This document shows positions 13,441 through 27,334 of a stretch of DNA of 64,000 nucleotides, in pieces. The notes beneath the pieces are model-generated. The model worked only from the letters and a program-made list of their open reading frames with translations. It was not told where the DNA came from and did not search any database. The translations under genes and the position numbers were made by a program. Origin of the DNA: Vicugna vicugna (lineage: Eukaryota); the NCBI GenBank assembly GCA_013265495.1, contig MU061579.1:897159-961158 (forward strand), read 5' to 3'. The first letter of the stretch is position 1. Each line of letters begins with the position of its first letter.

Positions 13441-14684
13441 AGTACTAGAGAATGAATTAGGCAGCTGCCTGGGGCCATTTATTCTCATTCTTGAATGAAG
13501 GACCTAAAAATAAAAATGTCTCCTGCCATATCATTTTTCTCCCCAAAAATTAAAAAGAAGAGAAAATGCTTCACGAAAAGTCATTTTGTCTTATTAAAGA
13601 TGAGGCTCAAACTTGGGAACCAGCCCTCAAATGACTCCCAGTCAGAAATATCAGACTTTTATTTTCATTATTAACCATGATCCAAAAGCCCATATAAAAT
13701 TTGCCAATCTTTAATCCCTACTGGTTCTTCTTTTAACAATGAGATTTTTCAGATATTTTTCTATGTGTGTCAATACCATTTCATTCCTCCCATCTGACTT
13801 GTCTTGAAATCCTTGGTCTTGTCCATTTTGTGAAAGAAAAACTAATGGGTTGCATATTTGAACACATATCTGGATTTGACTGGATGCCTGTTTAGAGAAA
13901 AGGAGTCAGTTTAACAGATTTCGTGGTAACCAAACATGGAAAAAAAGAATATATCAAGGTTTGCATGAATGTATGTGAGTATGGGCTGATGTGTGTGTGT
14001 ATGTGTGTATGTATTTCAGCAATAAGAGGGTGATGAGCTATACAGGCAAGAAGTCTAGTAAAAAAATTGGAGATTTCAGAGCACATTTCAGAAAATGCAT
14101 AAGCTTTCAAAATATAGCATTACCATCAGAGTAAATATGAAACTTTAATTTCACATCAGAAATGTTATTAGAGATTTTTAAGTACATGCTTACATTTCAA
14201 AATTTCAAAAACTCAAAGTTTTGAAGTTTTTTCTGGTAATAAAAGGTTGTACACTTTAGGTATCCAGAGCCAAAGGACTGTAATGAAATTAGACATAATA
14301 ATTCTACTTCTCAATAAATATTCATGGAACACCTATAATGTGCTAGGCATTACTCTGTGTATTCCTGGTACAGCAGGGTACCCACAGCAATGCTTTGTAA
14401 CAGGCAGAAATGAGAATTAAATTAAAAATATTGAGAACAGAACTGACTGTGTACCTATATGTGTCTGTGTGTACTGAGAGAGACAGAGACAGAATGAGGG
14501 AGAGGTATATTTAAGGAACAGGGATATAGGAATCCATATATTAGAAGTGAAAAGTAAGAAATAAGATTATATCTATATCACAATATTTATTGTGATAAAT
14601 CTGCACACTCTCAAACAAAAGTAAATATACTTTTCCAAGAAAATATACATATGAACATAATGTGAAACAATGCAACATTAGCTT

Positions 14685-15210
14685 CTGGTATAACTTTCAA
14701 TAATCTCTGCCCCCTGATATTCACACTTTTGTGTAATCCATTCTCCTCGTGTGGGCTGAATCTAGTGCTTGTAATGAATAGCATATGGTGGAAGTGATGA
14801 GATGTCACTTCTGTGATTAGATTATAAAGAAGCGGCCTTCCATCCTGCTGGCATTCTTTCTCTATCACCATTTCAGCTGGCACACTTTGCCAAAGCCAAC
14901 TTCCATGTTGAAGAGGCCAACCGGGAAAGAAACGGAGCATGGACTCCAGCCAGTGAGGACCTGAGGCCTTTAGTCCAACGGTTCTTGAGGAACTGAGTCT
15001 TGACAGCCACCACAGAAGTAGACTTAGACACAGATCCTTCCCCAGTCAAGACTTCAGATGAGACTGGAAACCTTGATTGCAGACTTTAAAGAGACTGGGA
15101 AGCAGAAAACTAAGGTGTACTTGGATTGACCCTCAGAAACTCTGAGGTAGTGAATATTGATTGTTTGAAGCCACTACATTTTAGCTATGCATCAAGAGTT
15201 AACTAACACA
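14685..15210 (+). mobile_element. MaLR solo LTR (MLT1F/G-like)
   Basis: 'tgtgggctgaatctagtgc...aagtgatgagatgtcacttctgtgattagattata...cccagtcaagacttcagatgagact...ttgtttgaagccact...aactaacaca'. Confidence 0.8.
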
Positions 15211-15443
15211 AATGCTATAAAATATAGACATATATATCTAAAGATACACTGCAGGAGGAGGGAAATGGGACTCCATATATCAGACATAGGGAAAATACAT
15301 TTTTTAAGATACAAAAGAAGAGACTCAGGACCAACAATCAGTTGACAAAAAAGTAAAATGAATGGTTAGTTTAATGTGTTTGTGTCGTCTATAAATACAA
15401 ATTCTGCAATAGTAATATTCTGGGGAGAGAATGGGTGCGGCGG

Positions 15444-15840
15444 GTATGTTAGAATGCTGGGGCTCCCAAATCAAATTACCACAGACTGGGTGTCTTAAAC
15501 AAGATACGTTTACTTTCTCACGGTTTTGGAGGCCAGCGTCCAAGATCAAAGCATGCTCAGGGCTGGTTTCTAGTGAAGACTTTCTGGTTTATAGATGGCT
15601 GCTTTCTCACTATGCCCTCATTGGCCTTTTCACTGTGAGCACTCACAGAAGGAAAGAGCTCTGGTGCCTCCTTCTCTTCTTATATTAACACTATCTTAAT
15701 TGGATTAGTGTTTCCCTCACCATTTTCACCTCATCTAACCATAATTAGTTTCTTAAAAGCTCTGTTTCCAAATATAGTCATATTGGAGATTAGGGCTTCA
15801 ACATGTGAATTTTAGGGGGACACAAATTCAGTCCATAAGA
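15444..15840 (-). mobile_element. MaLR solo LTR (MLT1A-like)
   Basis: 'taccacagactgggtgtcttaaacaa...tctcacggttttggaggc...tccaagatcaa...tagggcttcaacatgtgaattttagggggacacaaattcagtccata'. Confidence 0.85.
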
Positions 15841-18343
15841 GTGGATCATTTTGTTTTCCCCACCTTTTTTTGGAAAAATATTGTATATTATGGAGCTTTG
15901 TTCTTCAGGGAACAAAGATCTGTCTGTATAAACAAATACTTATAAACAAAACATTCAGAAATCATGTCAAGTATAGCAACATGCATTTGCAGCAACTGAA
16001 AAACACTACAAGACTTTTCATGTTTAGCCATCACTCTCAACAACTTTCAAATCTTTTCTTGTACAATTCACCATTAGGCAAACTCTACAACTCTATAGCC
16101 ATTTTACTAATTTTTCCGTTTCTTAGAAAAAGAGAAAATAATTTAAAGAACAGTTGTCTGTATTTGTTTTCTGATTATGCTTCAGCTAAAATTCTCAGTA
16201 CTAACAGGTTTTTACATCTTAGACCTTTTATTTTCTAACTATGGAACAAAATGTTTCTATTTTAGGGAACTTCCAACCATCCAAAAAAAGATAATTTTTT
16301 TTAATCTACAAATCTATAAATGAGTGTGGACGATGTGGGTTTAGGAAACCAACCTGGGATTCCTAAATTAAACCTAATTTGCTCAGCATAGATTGTGTGA
16401 AAAATTGTTAGGGGCTCCATCCCATGGCCTATAATTATTAGAGGTCATTTTGGAATTTTCTCACAAAATGTCACTGATTTTATTTTCCCACTTCCTTCCT
16501 CATGTGAGAGCAGGCCAGTCCCAAGCCCACTTCTTGTGCTGCAAATGCCCAGCCACCTCTAGGCATCTTATTACATAGTTGACATCTTCATATTTTCAAT
16601 ATTTAATAATATTTTGTACTACAATCTTTCATATTTGGACATCCAAAAAGGATTCCCAAGACTTGTATTTTATTTTAAGTACGATCTGACAAGTGAGGGG
16701 CATTGGCACTGTTCCCTTTGCTAACAGAAGCCATTATAGACATTTCAACTTCCTTTCTTTACAGTCATGATATTTCTTAACAACAGACAACATCCTGATA
16801 CCAGTGACTACAGATCTAAAACTGAGTAAAATTTAACAAAATAAGAAAAGTCTAATTCTGATTCTAAAATAAAATTACCTACTTCCTTAAATATAGGACA
16901 ATGAGAAAATGACATTATTTTAAGAAAAAAAATTCTGTACTGGAGTTCACATTGAAATGCACATCTCAACAATATTCAGTGAGAAAGGATACACACTGAG
17001 TACTACTTCTGGAATATAAAACTGAAGGTCATATAGAGAGAGATTTAGGTAGGTATTTTTATAAAAGGAAATACACTTCATTATTACTGCCTTGTTTAAG
17101 CAATAACTTATGAGTTGAGTATAGGAAAAATATATGTATGTTAATTCAAAATGTACTATAATTTAACACAAGCAGAATTATTTAGGATTTACACTGAACA
17201 AAATCACCAATAGGTGGTGCTGCTGTGATTGAATTTGATTAAACTTCATGTAAATCTGACCCTAGAGTTTCCTATTTTTAGTTTCCTACATCCCTCTATC
17301 TCACAGTCTACTTAGCAACTGTTCAATAGTGAGCTGGTGATAAAATGTCACTGAGGATAAAATGCTTTTAAGTATTTGGTAAGCACTTTCTATCACCATC
17401 ATTTAAAAAGATGAGAAATAAGTCAGAGATCATAGCTATAAAAAATAGCCTGCTTGAGGTGGTACTTATCTGATAAATGAATACACAAGAGTTTGACTCA
17501 AATGGAGGTTATGAATTTTGCATAAAGCCCTTCATCAAGGTTGAATTACATAATGTCTCAGTTAACTGCCTATCTATGTGACATTCCTTGTCAAGCATTA
17601 TTTTTCTTTGTCAGACTAAACATTTGATTTGTAAGATATAAAGTGAATTTCACTGACAGTAAAAAAAAGCATGTTTGCAATTTGCAATTAAACATGAGTG
17701 ATAAGACTAGTGAATGCATAATACATTACTATAAAAAAGCTATGACTTTGGCCATGTGATAGTTATGGTAAAACATCAAAACTATTAAGGGTTACTTTGA
17801 ATTTATTTTAAAAACATTTAATTAGAAACAGATTTAAAAATGAATTCAGTTAGTCAATATCAGAATTATTATGATAAAGTTTGATACTTGCAATGACTTG
17901 TCAAAAGAGAAATCACTTCTCAAAATTAAATGTTAATAACAAAACTTTAATTTGACATTTATATGATAGGTTGAAAGTGCACTTATTTAAAACTCTGCTG
18001 GATTGTTAAAAAATTAACTACCAAGCCAGCTCAGGATAGATATTCCAAAGATGAATTGTTTTAATTATTGCTTTCCTTCTTTGAATAAATTCATATACAG
18101 AAATTAAAATTTCCTTAGCCAGTAAAAATGGGATTTTTAAAGTATAAATCATAAGTTTTCTCAGCAGGATTTTATCTCCTAGACTTCTCAACTTTGCCTA
18201 TTTTCCCTCTTTCTCTTAAACACATTGCAGCCACTCTGCCATATGACATCATGGATTATTGTAAATTTGTGCTGCTAAAAATAAAATTTCTTTAAAATAA
18301 AGGATTACTTACACAACACACTTCCTTACAGAAAAATATTAAA

Positions 18344-18737
18344 TGTTATGGATTGAATTGTTCTCCCCTTAATTCATACGTTGATGTCCTAAGGCCCAGT
18401 ACCTCAGAATATGTAAGGTCTTTATAGAGGTAACCAAGTTAAAATTAGGTCATTAGGGTGGGCCTCTTATCCATATGACTAGTGCCTTCATCAAAAGGGG
18501 AAATTTAGAGACAGACAGACTTGGAAGACAGATTTGAAGGGGGCAGAGGAGCCAGCCATCCAGAAACAAAAGAGAGAAGTCGAAACATTCCCCTTCCTCA
18601 CAGACTTCAGAAGGAACCAGCTCTACCTGTAACTTGATGTGGGACTCCTAGCCTGCAGAACTGTGAGACCACACATTTTTGTTGTTTAAGCCATTGAGTT
18701 TGTGGTACTTTGTTTGCAGTCCTAGCAAACTAATACA
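18344..18737 (+). mobile_element. MaLR solo LTR (MLT1B-like), full length, with 5-bp TSD TTAAA
   Basis: TG...CA termini 'tgttatggattgaattg'...'gcaaactaataca'; TTAAA at 18339-18343 and 18738-18742. Confidence 0.9.
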
Positions 18738-20349
18738 TTAAAGTTATTTACCATTTATGTCGTTTGTGAAAACTTTGTATGTTATGATTCAAACAAGTTT
18801 ACAATGTCAGGGAAAATTCTATTTCAGAAAATAAAATTTCTGATCTAATTTCAGTTCTAGTTTGTCCATCATTTTCTCATATTTTTCTACAGTAAAGATG
18901 GTATGCAAACCTACTCTATAGATTTTCTATTTAATTAAAAGATGATTTTTGGATTAATTTAGACCAAATTTTTCTACTCTTATGACACTTCAGCAACAAC
19001 AGAAATAATCATAATCACAACCACACCACAGACACATACACACACAGACCCTATGTAATTGGATCAAGGGCATTCATCCTCGTCTTCAGGGTGGTCGTCA
19101 GACAACGTCTAAGGTAGTCTAAACTCATATAAGTTCTGTATTTCAGATATTATTCACAAAAATATAGAAGTAGTCAGGTATATTAAATGAAGAGTCATCA
19201 GATAATGTAGGGGAAGTGTAGACATGATCTTCTTTGTTTTGTTTTATAAAAATAAGTTGAAAGAGCCATACTGCTAAGAAAGATTGTAAGGTGGGTAGAT
19301 AAAAATAACCCACAGCCTCTTCAGGGTTAAACTGTGTCAAGCCTGTATAAAGTTCTCAGCTGTCAAGGTAAGCCTCTTGGGGACTTGCAGTTCTCACTCT
19401 GGAGAGCTGAATACAGTCTGGAACTTGGAGCCTCTAATGCAAAATCAATGTGAAAAATACATAAGCATATATTTTAAAGGGTAGGAAGAGAAAAAAAAAA
19501 GACTTTTGGTGACAGTTATAATTCTGCTAGAAAAACTCTATTCTAATTTATTTCTTTAATTCTTGCTCCATTTTTAAAAAATTCTAAATAGGTTGTTGGG
19601 ATAGTATAAGAATTGAACTGCTTTATTGCACTCTCTTAGTTGTGTGTTATAATTGAAAGCACTCAAAATATTTACAAAACCTGTACATTTTCTAGATTGT
19701 TTGGTATGAATATGTGACACTGGGAATTCTGTTTAAAAATATCCCCCCCCCCAAAAAAAAACTTAAATGGAAAATCCCCTTCCTTTAAGACAGAATGTGA
19801 TATATATGCGAGAAAGATGAGGCATGGAATGAACAAACCAAAATTCAACAAGAAATAGAAATGTTGAAAGCAAGAGTTTTAATGATATTGCCAATGGCAG
19901 TTTCAGGGCAAGGTTGCTTCTGAATTAGGATGTCAATATTTCTGGAAACTCCCTAACCAGAGCAGAAAGGAACAACCATGATAGCATTCTAATTTAAAAT
20001 TTTAATCATGTCAATAACAGCTTAAACAATTGCTAAGATTCTGCTCCATGTAGCTTCACCAGCTTTCCCTTAATTTCCACTCCAATGCCGTCTCTTCCCA
20101 CTATTTTTTACTATTCTATTTCCAGATCCACTAAACTTATTACTTTGCCCCAAGTGTAATATTTTTGTTCCTCTGTAACTTTTAAAATAGTATTTCTTTT
20201 AGGTAACATCTTTCATCTGTTTAAATGAAAAACTGAGTCAAATATCTACAGAGCCTTTATCAAAAACAAAACAAACAAACAAAGAAAACAGCCATTCCCA
20301 ATTCTGTGCTGTCAGGTCACGTTGAATGTTATCTGCCCATATGGTTAAG

Positions 20350-20700
20350 GTTGACGTCCAAGTCAGTTTGCTTAGAAACAGAGCCAGAGGTTATAGATGA
20401 CTGTTAGATAGGTGATTTGTTAAGGAAGTGTATTTTGGACAAAACTGTAAAAAAGTTTGTGAAACAAGATAGGATGGGGAAAGAAGCTAGACAAAGAGGT
20501 GTTTTCAAGGATACTGAGTTGCATCTTGGTGTTTGCATCCCCCGAGGCACGGCCATTCACCTTCTTATCAGTTATGGTGCAATTCCCAGGGTCTTTCTAG
20601 AGAGCTGTCCCCATTAGTTAAAGGACAATTCTCCAGGAAAGCATGGAGATGAGATGGGAGTCTTTAGCAGCAGTCGTTCAGATGCGGATGATGTTTGACA
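20350..20700 (-). mobile_element. LTR16-like ERVL LTR remnant
   Basis: 'agaaacagagccagag...gtgatttgttaaggaagtg...aaggacaattctccagga...tagcagcag' resembles antisense LTR16. Confidence 0.45.
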
Positions 20701-20762
20701 GTAGTGATGGAGAAAAACAGGAAGAATCAGATATATTTTCCATGTAGAAATAATACTTCTGT

Positions 20763-20904
20763 GGGGGGGGGAGGATATAACTCAAGTGGTAGAGCGCATG
20801 CTTAGCATGCACAAGGTCATGGGTTCAACCCCAGTACCTCCTCCAAATATAAACAAACAAACAAACAAACAAACCTAATTACTTTCCCCTCATTAAAAAA
20901 AAGG
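20763..20904 (+). mobile_element. tRNA-Ala-derived SINE (camelid Vic-1-like) with ~15-bp TSD
   Basis: A box 'taactcaagtggtaga', anticodon arm 'gcatgcttagcatgc', B box 'gggttcaaccc', (CAAA)n, 'cctaattac' tail; TSD gaaataatacttctg (20747-20761) / gaaataatacttttg (20905-20919). Confidence 0.9.
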
Positions 20905-20939
20905 GAAATAATACTTTTGCAAATGTATTGCGTATACAG

Positions 20940-21735
20940 TATAAAGAATCAAAGCTGAAAATTAGTTAATGTCTTGAGCTGTTAGAATAGTGTTTTTTTT
21001 TTTAAACTAAAATGAGTTGGATTGCAGCAGATTTTGAAGCATAAAATCAACTCTTCCAATTTAGGCATACATTTTGAAATCCCTTCTCGATAAGCAAATT
21101 AATATATTAAGAGAGGAGCTGGGCATAGAATTCATGAACTCAAAGGAGAGATGTGTGTTAGGGAGTCTTCAACATAGACATGATACATGAAACTATGGAA
21201 ACAGATTGGACCACTTGGAAAATCATTGGTTGGAGCAGAAGACCAATACTGATTCTTAAGATATTTCAATATTTGGAGCTTAGGTAGAGCAGGGGAGCAA
21301 ACAAATGAAACTGAAAAGGACTGACCATAGACCTAGGGAATAATCCTGGTGAGTATGGTGTCACTGAAGCTAAGACAAAGGTTTTTCAGAGAAGTTATGT
21401 AATGATCTTGAGAGACTGAATAAACTGGGAACAGAGAGTGTCCTTTGCACTAGTCAGATGAATGCTGTTGGAAATCTTGCAAAGAATATTTTCAGGGCAT
21501 TGGTGTTACAGAAACCTCAGTGGGAGTACTTACATAGTTAAGAGAAGGGAAGGAAGTAGGGACTGAAAGTGAATAGAACTGAAAAACCTTTTCCCTGAAG
21601 GGCAGAAGAAGGATGAGGGAACTTATGGAAGATGAAATAAAGGTCAAAAAGATGAAAGATATGAACAGTCGATGAAGTTCTGTTATTTTGTTATAATGGA
21701 AAGCACTAGATGATGATGAAACACTGGTGGGAAAA
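20940..21735 (-). mobile_element. L2 body fragment
   Basis: 'gaactcaaaggagagat...gggagtcttcaacataga...tgaaactatggaaacagattgga...atggtgtcactgaagctaag' typical of antisense L2. Confidence 0.7.
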
Positions 21736-22829
21736 ATATCAATTGATTGATCAAATCCGTCTTTCCTCTTAGGATATCTTAATTTTAAACATAGATATTC
21801 TCCAAAGTTAAACTGCATATAAAGTTTACCTATGTTTAATTCTATTTTCATTATGCTTTTATGTGCATCTCTGTCTTTCAATATTAATTAAATACTTCAG
21901 CTTTCCCTGACTAATTTAGAAGGCAATTTCAGCACATTAAATGTTTACTGTACTTTTCTTCTGAATCTGATCTTTATATTATTTTATTCTATTTCTTTCT
22001 TGATGCTGAAGTTCTTTATTACTGTTTTTCATTAAAATATTAATATCTAATAGTGCAAGTCACTTGATACTTTCCTTTTTATTAAAATTATATCATCTAT
22101 TTATTTTCCCTTATGAACATTGCACATGTTTTGCAAAGCATACTGAAATAAATCCTATTGTGAAATAGCAAAATAGGAATCTTCTAGTACAGAAGATGAC
22201 TGGTTACAAAATAAATACAAATATCCTATGAACTTTAAAAAGGATGCTTAAACTGGCCCATAGTTAAAAATATACAAGTTGAAATGACAAGAAACTATTG
22301 TTCATCTATTAAATTAAGATAAAAAGTGAGATATGGCATTTTTAGAGAACAGTTGGGAGAAAAAGTGATGTATAATACTGCTGACCGTATATATTAAAGT
22401 GCAAAACTTCTGTAGAGGAATTTTGAATAATCCTTCAACTGTTACATATTAAAATGTTGATCAAGTATATATTGATATATAGATAGACATAGATACAGAT
22501 ATAGATATAGTATGCATACATAGACCAAAGGTGCCTGTTGAAGTATTATTTGTAATAACATAGTCTAAGAAATCCACTAAGAAAGACGCTGAATATAAGC
22601 ACAGAAAATGAAAAATACATCTGTCTTCACTGTCTTCCTTCAAGTCGGAGAACAAAAAACAACAGGTGGCAGAAACTTCCATTGCCTCTAAAAGCTTATA
22701 CTACAACATGGCAAATGTCAAACCCATTCACCTTCCGCTGGCCAGAGTAAGTCAGGAGGCAAAAGTGAAAGTCAGTGAGACAGAGAAGGCAAGAAAAACT
22801 AAAGATACCAATGGAGGGGAATGAATGAA

Positions 22830-23890
22830 TAGTTAGAAACAAATAATACATTCTACCAAGCATTATTAAGAATAATGGCTAAAATTAATTGAAACATATA
22901 CATTAAAAATTTATGATTTTATAATGACGATTACATATTAAAATAAATTTTAATCTTTAAATATGCAGAGTCAGCAAATCATATTCTAAATTGATAAATA
23001 AGGGAAAATGGGGAAGTCAAGCATTTCACTGCCTTTCCTCCACAATCTGTACCTCAGTGTAGCTGAATACTTGATGGTAGAAAACTCACTCTTTAGCTTA
23101 GAAATTAAGGAAAATGATAAAATTAGAATATGGTTTTTTCAGACCTCTAGAGAAATAACGAATCTACGGATCGAGGCAATGGACATGGTGGTGACTAATA
23201 TTGCACAGAGAGACAACTGGACTTTATGAGTCTTACAATGGAAGTACACACACAACATTACTAGGAACTATTATAACCCTCTCCCCACTGCTGCCCTCCA
23301 CACACACAAAACGAATCCAGCTTAGCATGATCAAGCTTTTAGGTTCAACTACCTAACCATTTCACAGAAATATAGTAGCCAGGAGAACTTGTTAAATGAC
23401 CTAATGGGAAAATAATTTGTGAAATCCAGAATATTCTAGCTCCAAGGAAATATGATCGAGTTTCTTTAAAAAGTAGATTGCAAGGAAAATAAAAATGGGG
23501 GTTATGAGTTATTTATAGGTTAAGAGATTTTCTTGATATAATTCATCCAATGTATGCATCCATCCTGACTTTAGTAAATCAACATTTTTTAAAAAAGCAT
23601 TTATAGGATAATGAGAAAAGTTGATCACTGACTGCTTATTTGATGATATTAAGCAATTCTTAGTATATTGAAGTTTTAACAATAGTATGGTTGTTACTTT
23701 TTAATGAGTTTTGGTTGTAAACATATATTTTACAATATTTATGGGTAAAATGACACAAGGTCTGAGAATTTGCTTAGAGCAAATCCGGTGAGGGTAGAGA
23801 AGAAAAAAAAGTCTTTGAGTTAAAACTATGGAAGTTCATTTAAAATACTCTCCATTTATGCATATGTTTAAAATTTTTATAATAAAAATT
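22830..23890 (+). mobile_element. Ancient L1 3' UTR (L1MC4/5-like)
   Basis: 'caagcatttcactgcctttcc...gatcaagcttttagg...ttgttaaatgac...cactgactgcttatttgatgatattaag...tatgtttaaaatttttataataaaa'. Confidence 0.7.
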
Positions 23891-26800
23891 ACTTTTCAAT
23901 ATAGGAGTCCATGAGACATGTATTAATAGGAAAAGTGGAAATCAATAAATGACAATAAATCTATAATAATGAGAGAGCAGAAAGTAAATCATTACATAGA
24001 CACACAGTTTTATATTTGCTGTTGTCATTTGAAATAGCTAATTAATTTTAGCAATTTTTATATTTTGAAATAAGTATAACTTAGTGATAATAAAGTTTTG
24101 GAATTTAAAGTAATTAGGTTCAATATGACATTTTTAAAGTAAGTAATGAATAATTACTATATATTGTCTTGGATTTTGATAACTTCTTCTTCTTAGGGGT
24201 ATTTAGAGCTAATCTTCCAGCAGGGTATAATTTAAGTGTCCTTTTCCATTGGACATTGGGGTCATTCTCAACTACAAATAGAGAACAAAAGAGGGGACTA
24301 ATGCCATCACTAGCACACTTCCCTTATTCAGTTTGCCCACACATGTTTTAGCTATATTAAAATTAGTGATCCTTGATTCTAGAAAGAATTTAGAATGACA
24401 CATAAAGTTTCAGGAAACATTATCATGTTTTGAAAATTGTTTTATGGGTTTGGAGGCTGCGATCTAAGTCTGTTATAATCTAGGATTCTGCCTCCTGCAC
24501 CATTTCCACACCACAGTTGATGGAATCCAGCAATTTGCTATCTAAGTGAAGAAAATCGTTTTTGCAGGTTCTGGATCAGATTGAGACAAGTAACAAAATT
24601 TGGCCTCAGCTATATAAGATTAATCCAGTAGTATGCACAATACAAGCAGTTCTATTTTGCTGTTAAATAGGAAAGCTGAGGTCCAAGTCCGATGGCATCA
24701 TACACATGACAGAGCATCAGTTATCAGCATGTCTACAGCAGCAAAGATGCAAGTGATTTGCCAGAATAAAAAAGAGCCCATGAAGCCTATGGGAAAAGGT
24801 AAGAAAAATAAGAGTGGCTAACCTCTCTGTTAGTCAGCATGACTAGTTACTTCAAACAGGAAAGCTAAAGGATTAGTAGAACTGGACTTCTTGTAGACCT
24901 GTCCCTGACACACCCATGATGTGTCTTTCAGGTGCATTCATTCACTTATGAAACTTGTCTCCTTTTGGTGGCACCTAGTTTTTTATGAGTTTATGAGGGT
25001 AGTAATGGGAGTAGATAAGCAATTTTCAACAATAAATAAAACTCAATGGGAATTTTCTAAGAATGATTAACAAAAAATAAGCTAACTAAAAGATCAAATT
25101 ATTGAACTTGTAGGTAGGATGAACTCAGTGATATTTCCATTTTGAACAAAAGCTATATTTTGTAATTTTATATGTTTCCTTAACATAAGCTAGATTACTA
25201 AATACTACATTAGAAACAGTTTGATTAGTAAATTATTTTAAGGGGAGATACAGGGGTATACTACTACTACTACTAATAACCATTTTAGAGTTTTTATTCA
25301 AAATTCAATGTATCACAAAATTATGTTTACCTAAGAGAACCTTAGCTAAAGAATTATAAATACTTACAGTTTCATAAATTTGGTTAAGCTTTTCACAGTT
25401 CTAACTTGATGGCCAAATACTTTCCATTCTTTCCATGATGGAAATTTATTAATATGTTTCATAATATCATTACACAAATGAAGGGATCAAATATGTGATT
25501 GTTCTTTAGCACTCAGTTCCATCTCTGCTTTCAATATTTGAACAACTGATTATCATTAACTTGGAAAATACATAAAATTAGCAGATTCTATGCTATGTTT
25601 TTATCCTATATTCAGTGTCTCATACATTTAACTCATGGAGATGCTACTCTTTTCAAAAGTTACTAACATACCAAATGCTACTCCTTGAGCATGGTAATGT
25701 ATTGATGTATTTATAACATATATAAGAAAACTATACAGCCCAAAAGAAGAAAAGAAAAAATTCATAAATGAAAATTACCCATTTAAAATAGTCTAGGTAC
25801 ACAATTTTTTAAAAAATTTATACTAACACAATCCTGTTAAATTCAGATTTAACAAAATGCTCTCAAAAGAAAAATAATTTAACATAATTGTCTACCTCTA
25901 GTTTATGCATTAATTGATATTTGAACATTGATTTGGATCTGTCAACACAGTGAGGAGTAAATATCAAAATAATGGAACTTCATATTAACATAGCTTTAAT
26001 AAAAGCTGAAATATATAGACAGCCCTATGTGGCACTTGTTCTGTTTTAGTTTATTACAAATATTTCTTAAGGATTTATTAGTTTCTAAAATTTTTATTGA
26101 AAAGTACTTTTTTTGAAACAGTAGATGGAACTTCAAAACAATTGCTTAATTTTAAGAAAATTCACTGAACTTAAAAAATTCAGAAAATTACTGTCTTTTT
26201 TCCAAAAGTTTGGAGAATAAAGAAGATGACAGATACAGGGAATATGAAAAAGAGAAATGTTGCAGAAAATCATAACTTGAGAATTTCTAGTCAAATCTCT
26301 AATGAGGGAAAAAAGTATTTGTGCAAGTTTGAGATGCAGATAATTACAAGTTAACCACATTTTCTGCCTGCCTGACACTGTGCAAAAATTTTCTGACCAA
26401 GACAATGGTTTGAATAAGTAATCATATCAATGGAATTGATCAATTAAAATTATTTCAGCAGAATTAACAAATATGAGGAATCATGATTAAGTTTGTCCAA
26501 AAAAGCGTATTTGTCACCAATTTATATTTTTACCTGCAAATATGAAGCTCATATATCAATTTCCTCAGCATTTTAATATAACCAAAAAAAGCAAAAATGG
26601 AAATAGCATGATTTCTCATGCAGTTTATAGCATAATGTCTATTTTGTACTTTAGTTTTTGAGAGAAACAAAATTCCTTCTGCTTGTGCCTCTTCTTACTA
26701 CTAAAATGATTCCAGCTATAAATCTATTTGTTTTCACTGTTCTACAAATACTATTAATAAAATTATCCTAACTTCATAGACTTCCTATCTCAATCTTGCA

Positions 26801-27334
26801 CTCAATCACTAAATCTTAGTGATTTTAAAATTTACTAAAAGATACTATCTAAACTTTTTAGTCTGATAGTGAAGGCTAACATATTACAATACAAATCCTT
26901 GTTTTTCTTCTCTTTATATTTCTTATAAACTCATAGTACACATCAAGTTGATTAATCATTATTTCTTAGTAAGCTTGGCTTTCATATATCCGCATCGGTG
27001 CCTTTATTCACCTTTGAACTTTCATTTGAAATAGTCTTCCCTTAACTTCATCCTGCTATGAAACTTGTTGAATTGTTTATTTTTTTCTTTTCCCTTCCAT
27101 GAAAAGATCTGTGATTTTCTACTCATGAGTAGTCATCTTATTTTAAAAACTATGGTAGTATTTCTAGTTCTTTTTTTGCAAACCTTCATGGTTATTTATT
27201 TAGATGACTGAGATTACATATTATTTGTAAAGACTCCAATAGATAATGTATTATTTTGAAGAACTGATAATATGCATCCCCTGTAGGAGTTGACATAGTA
27301 CTTAATCAACATACTGTTCAAAAATATGTATTTT

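Noticed and set aside
20763..20840. Functional tRNA-Ala gene
   Set aside because: The acceptor stem is not intact, and it has a SINE tail and a TSD; it is a SINE.
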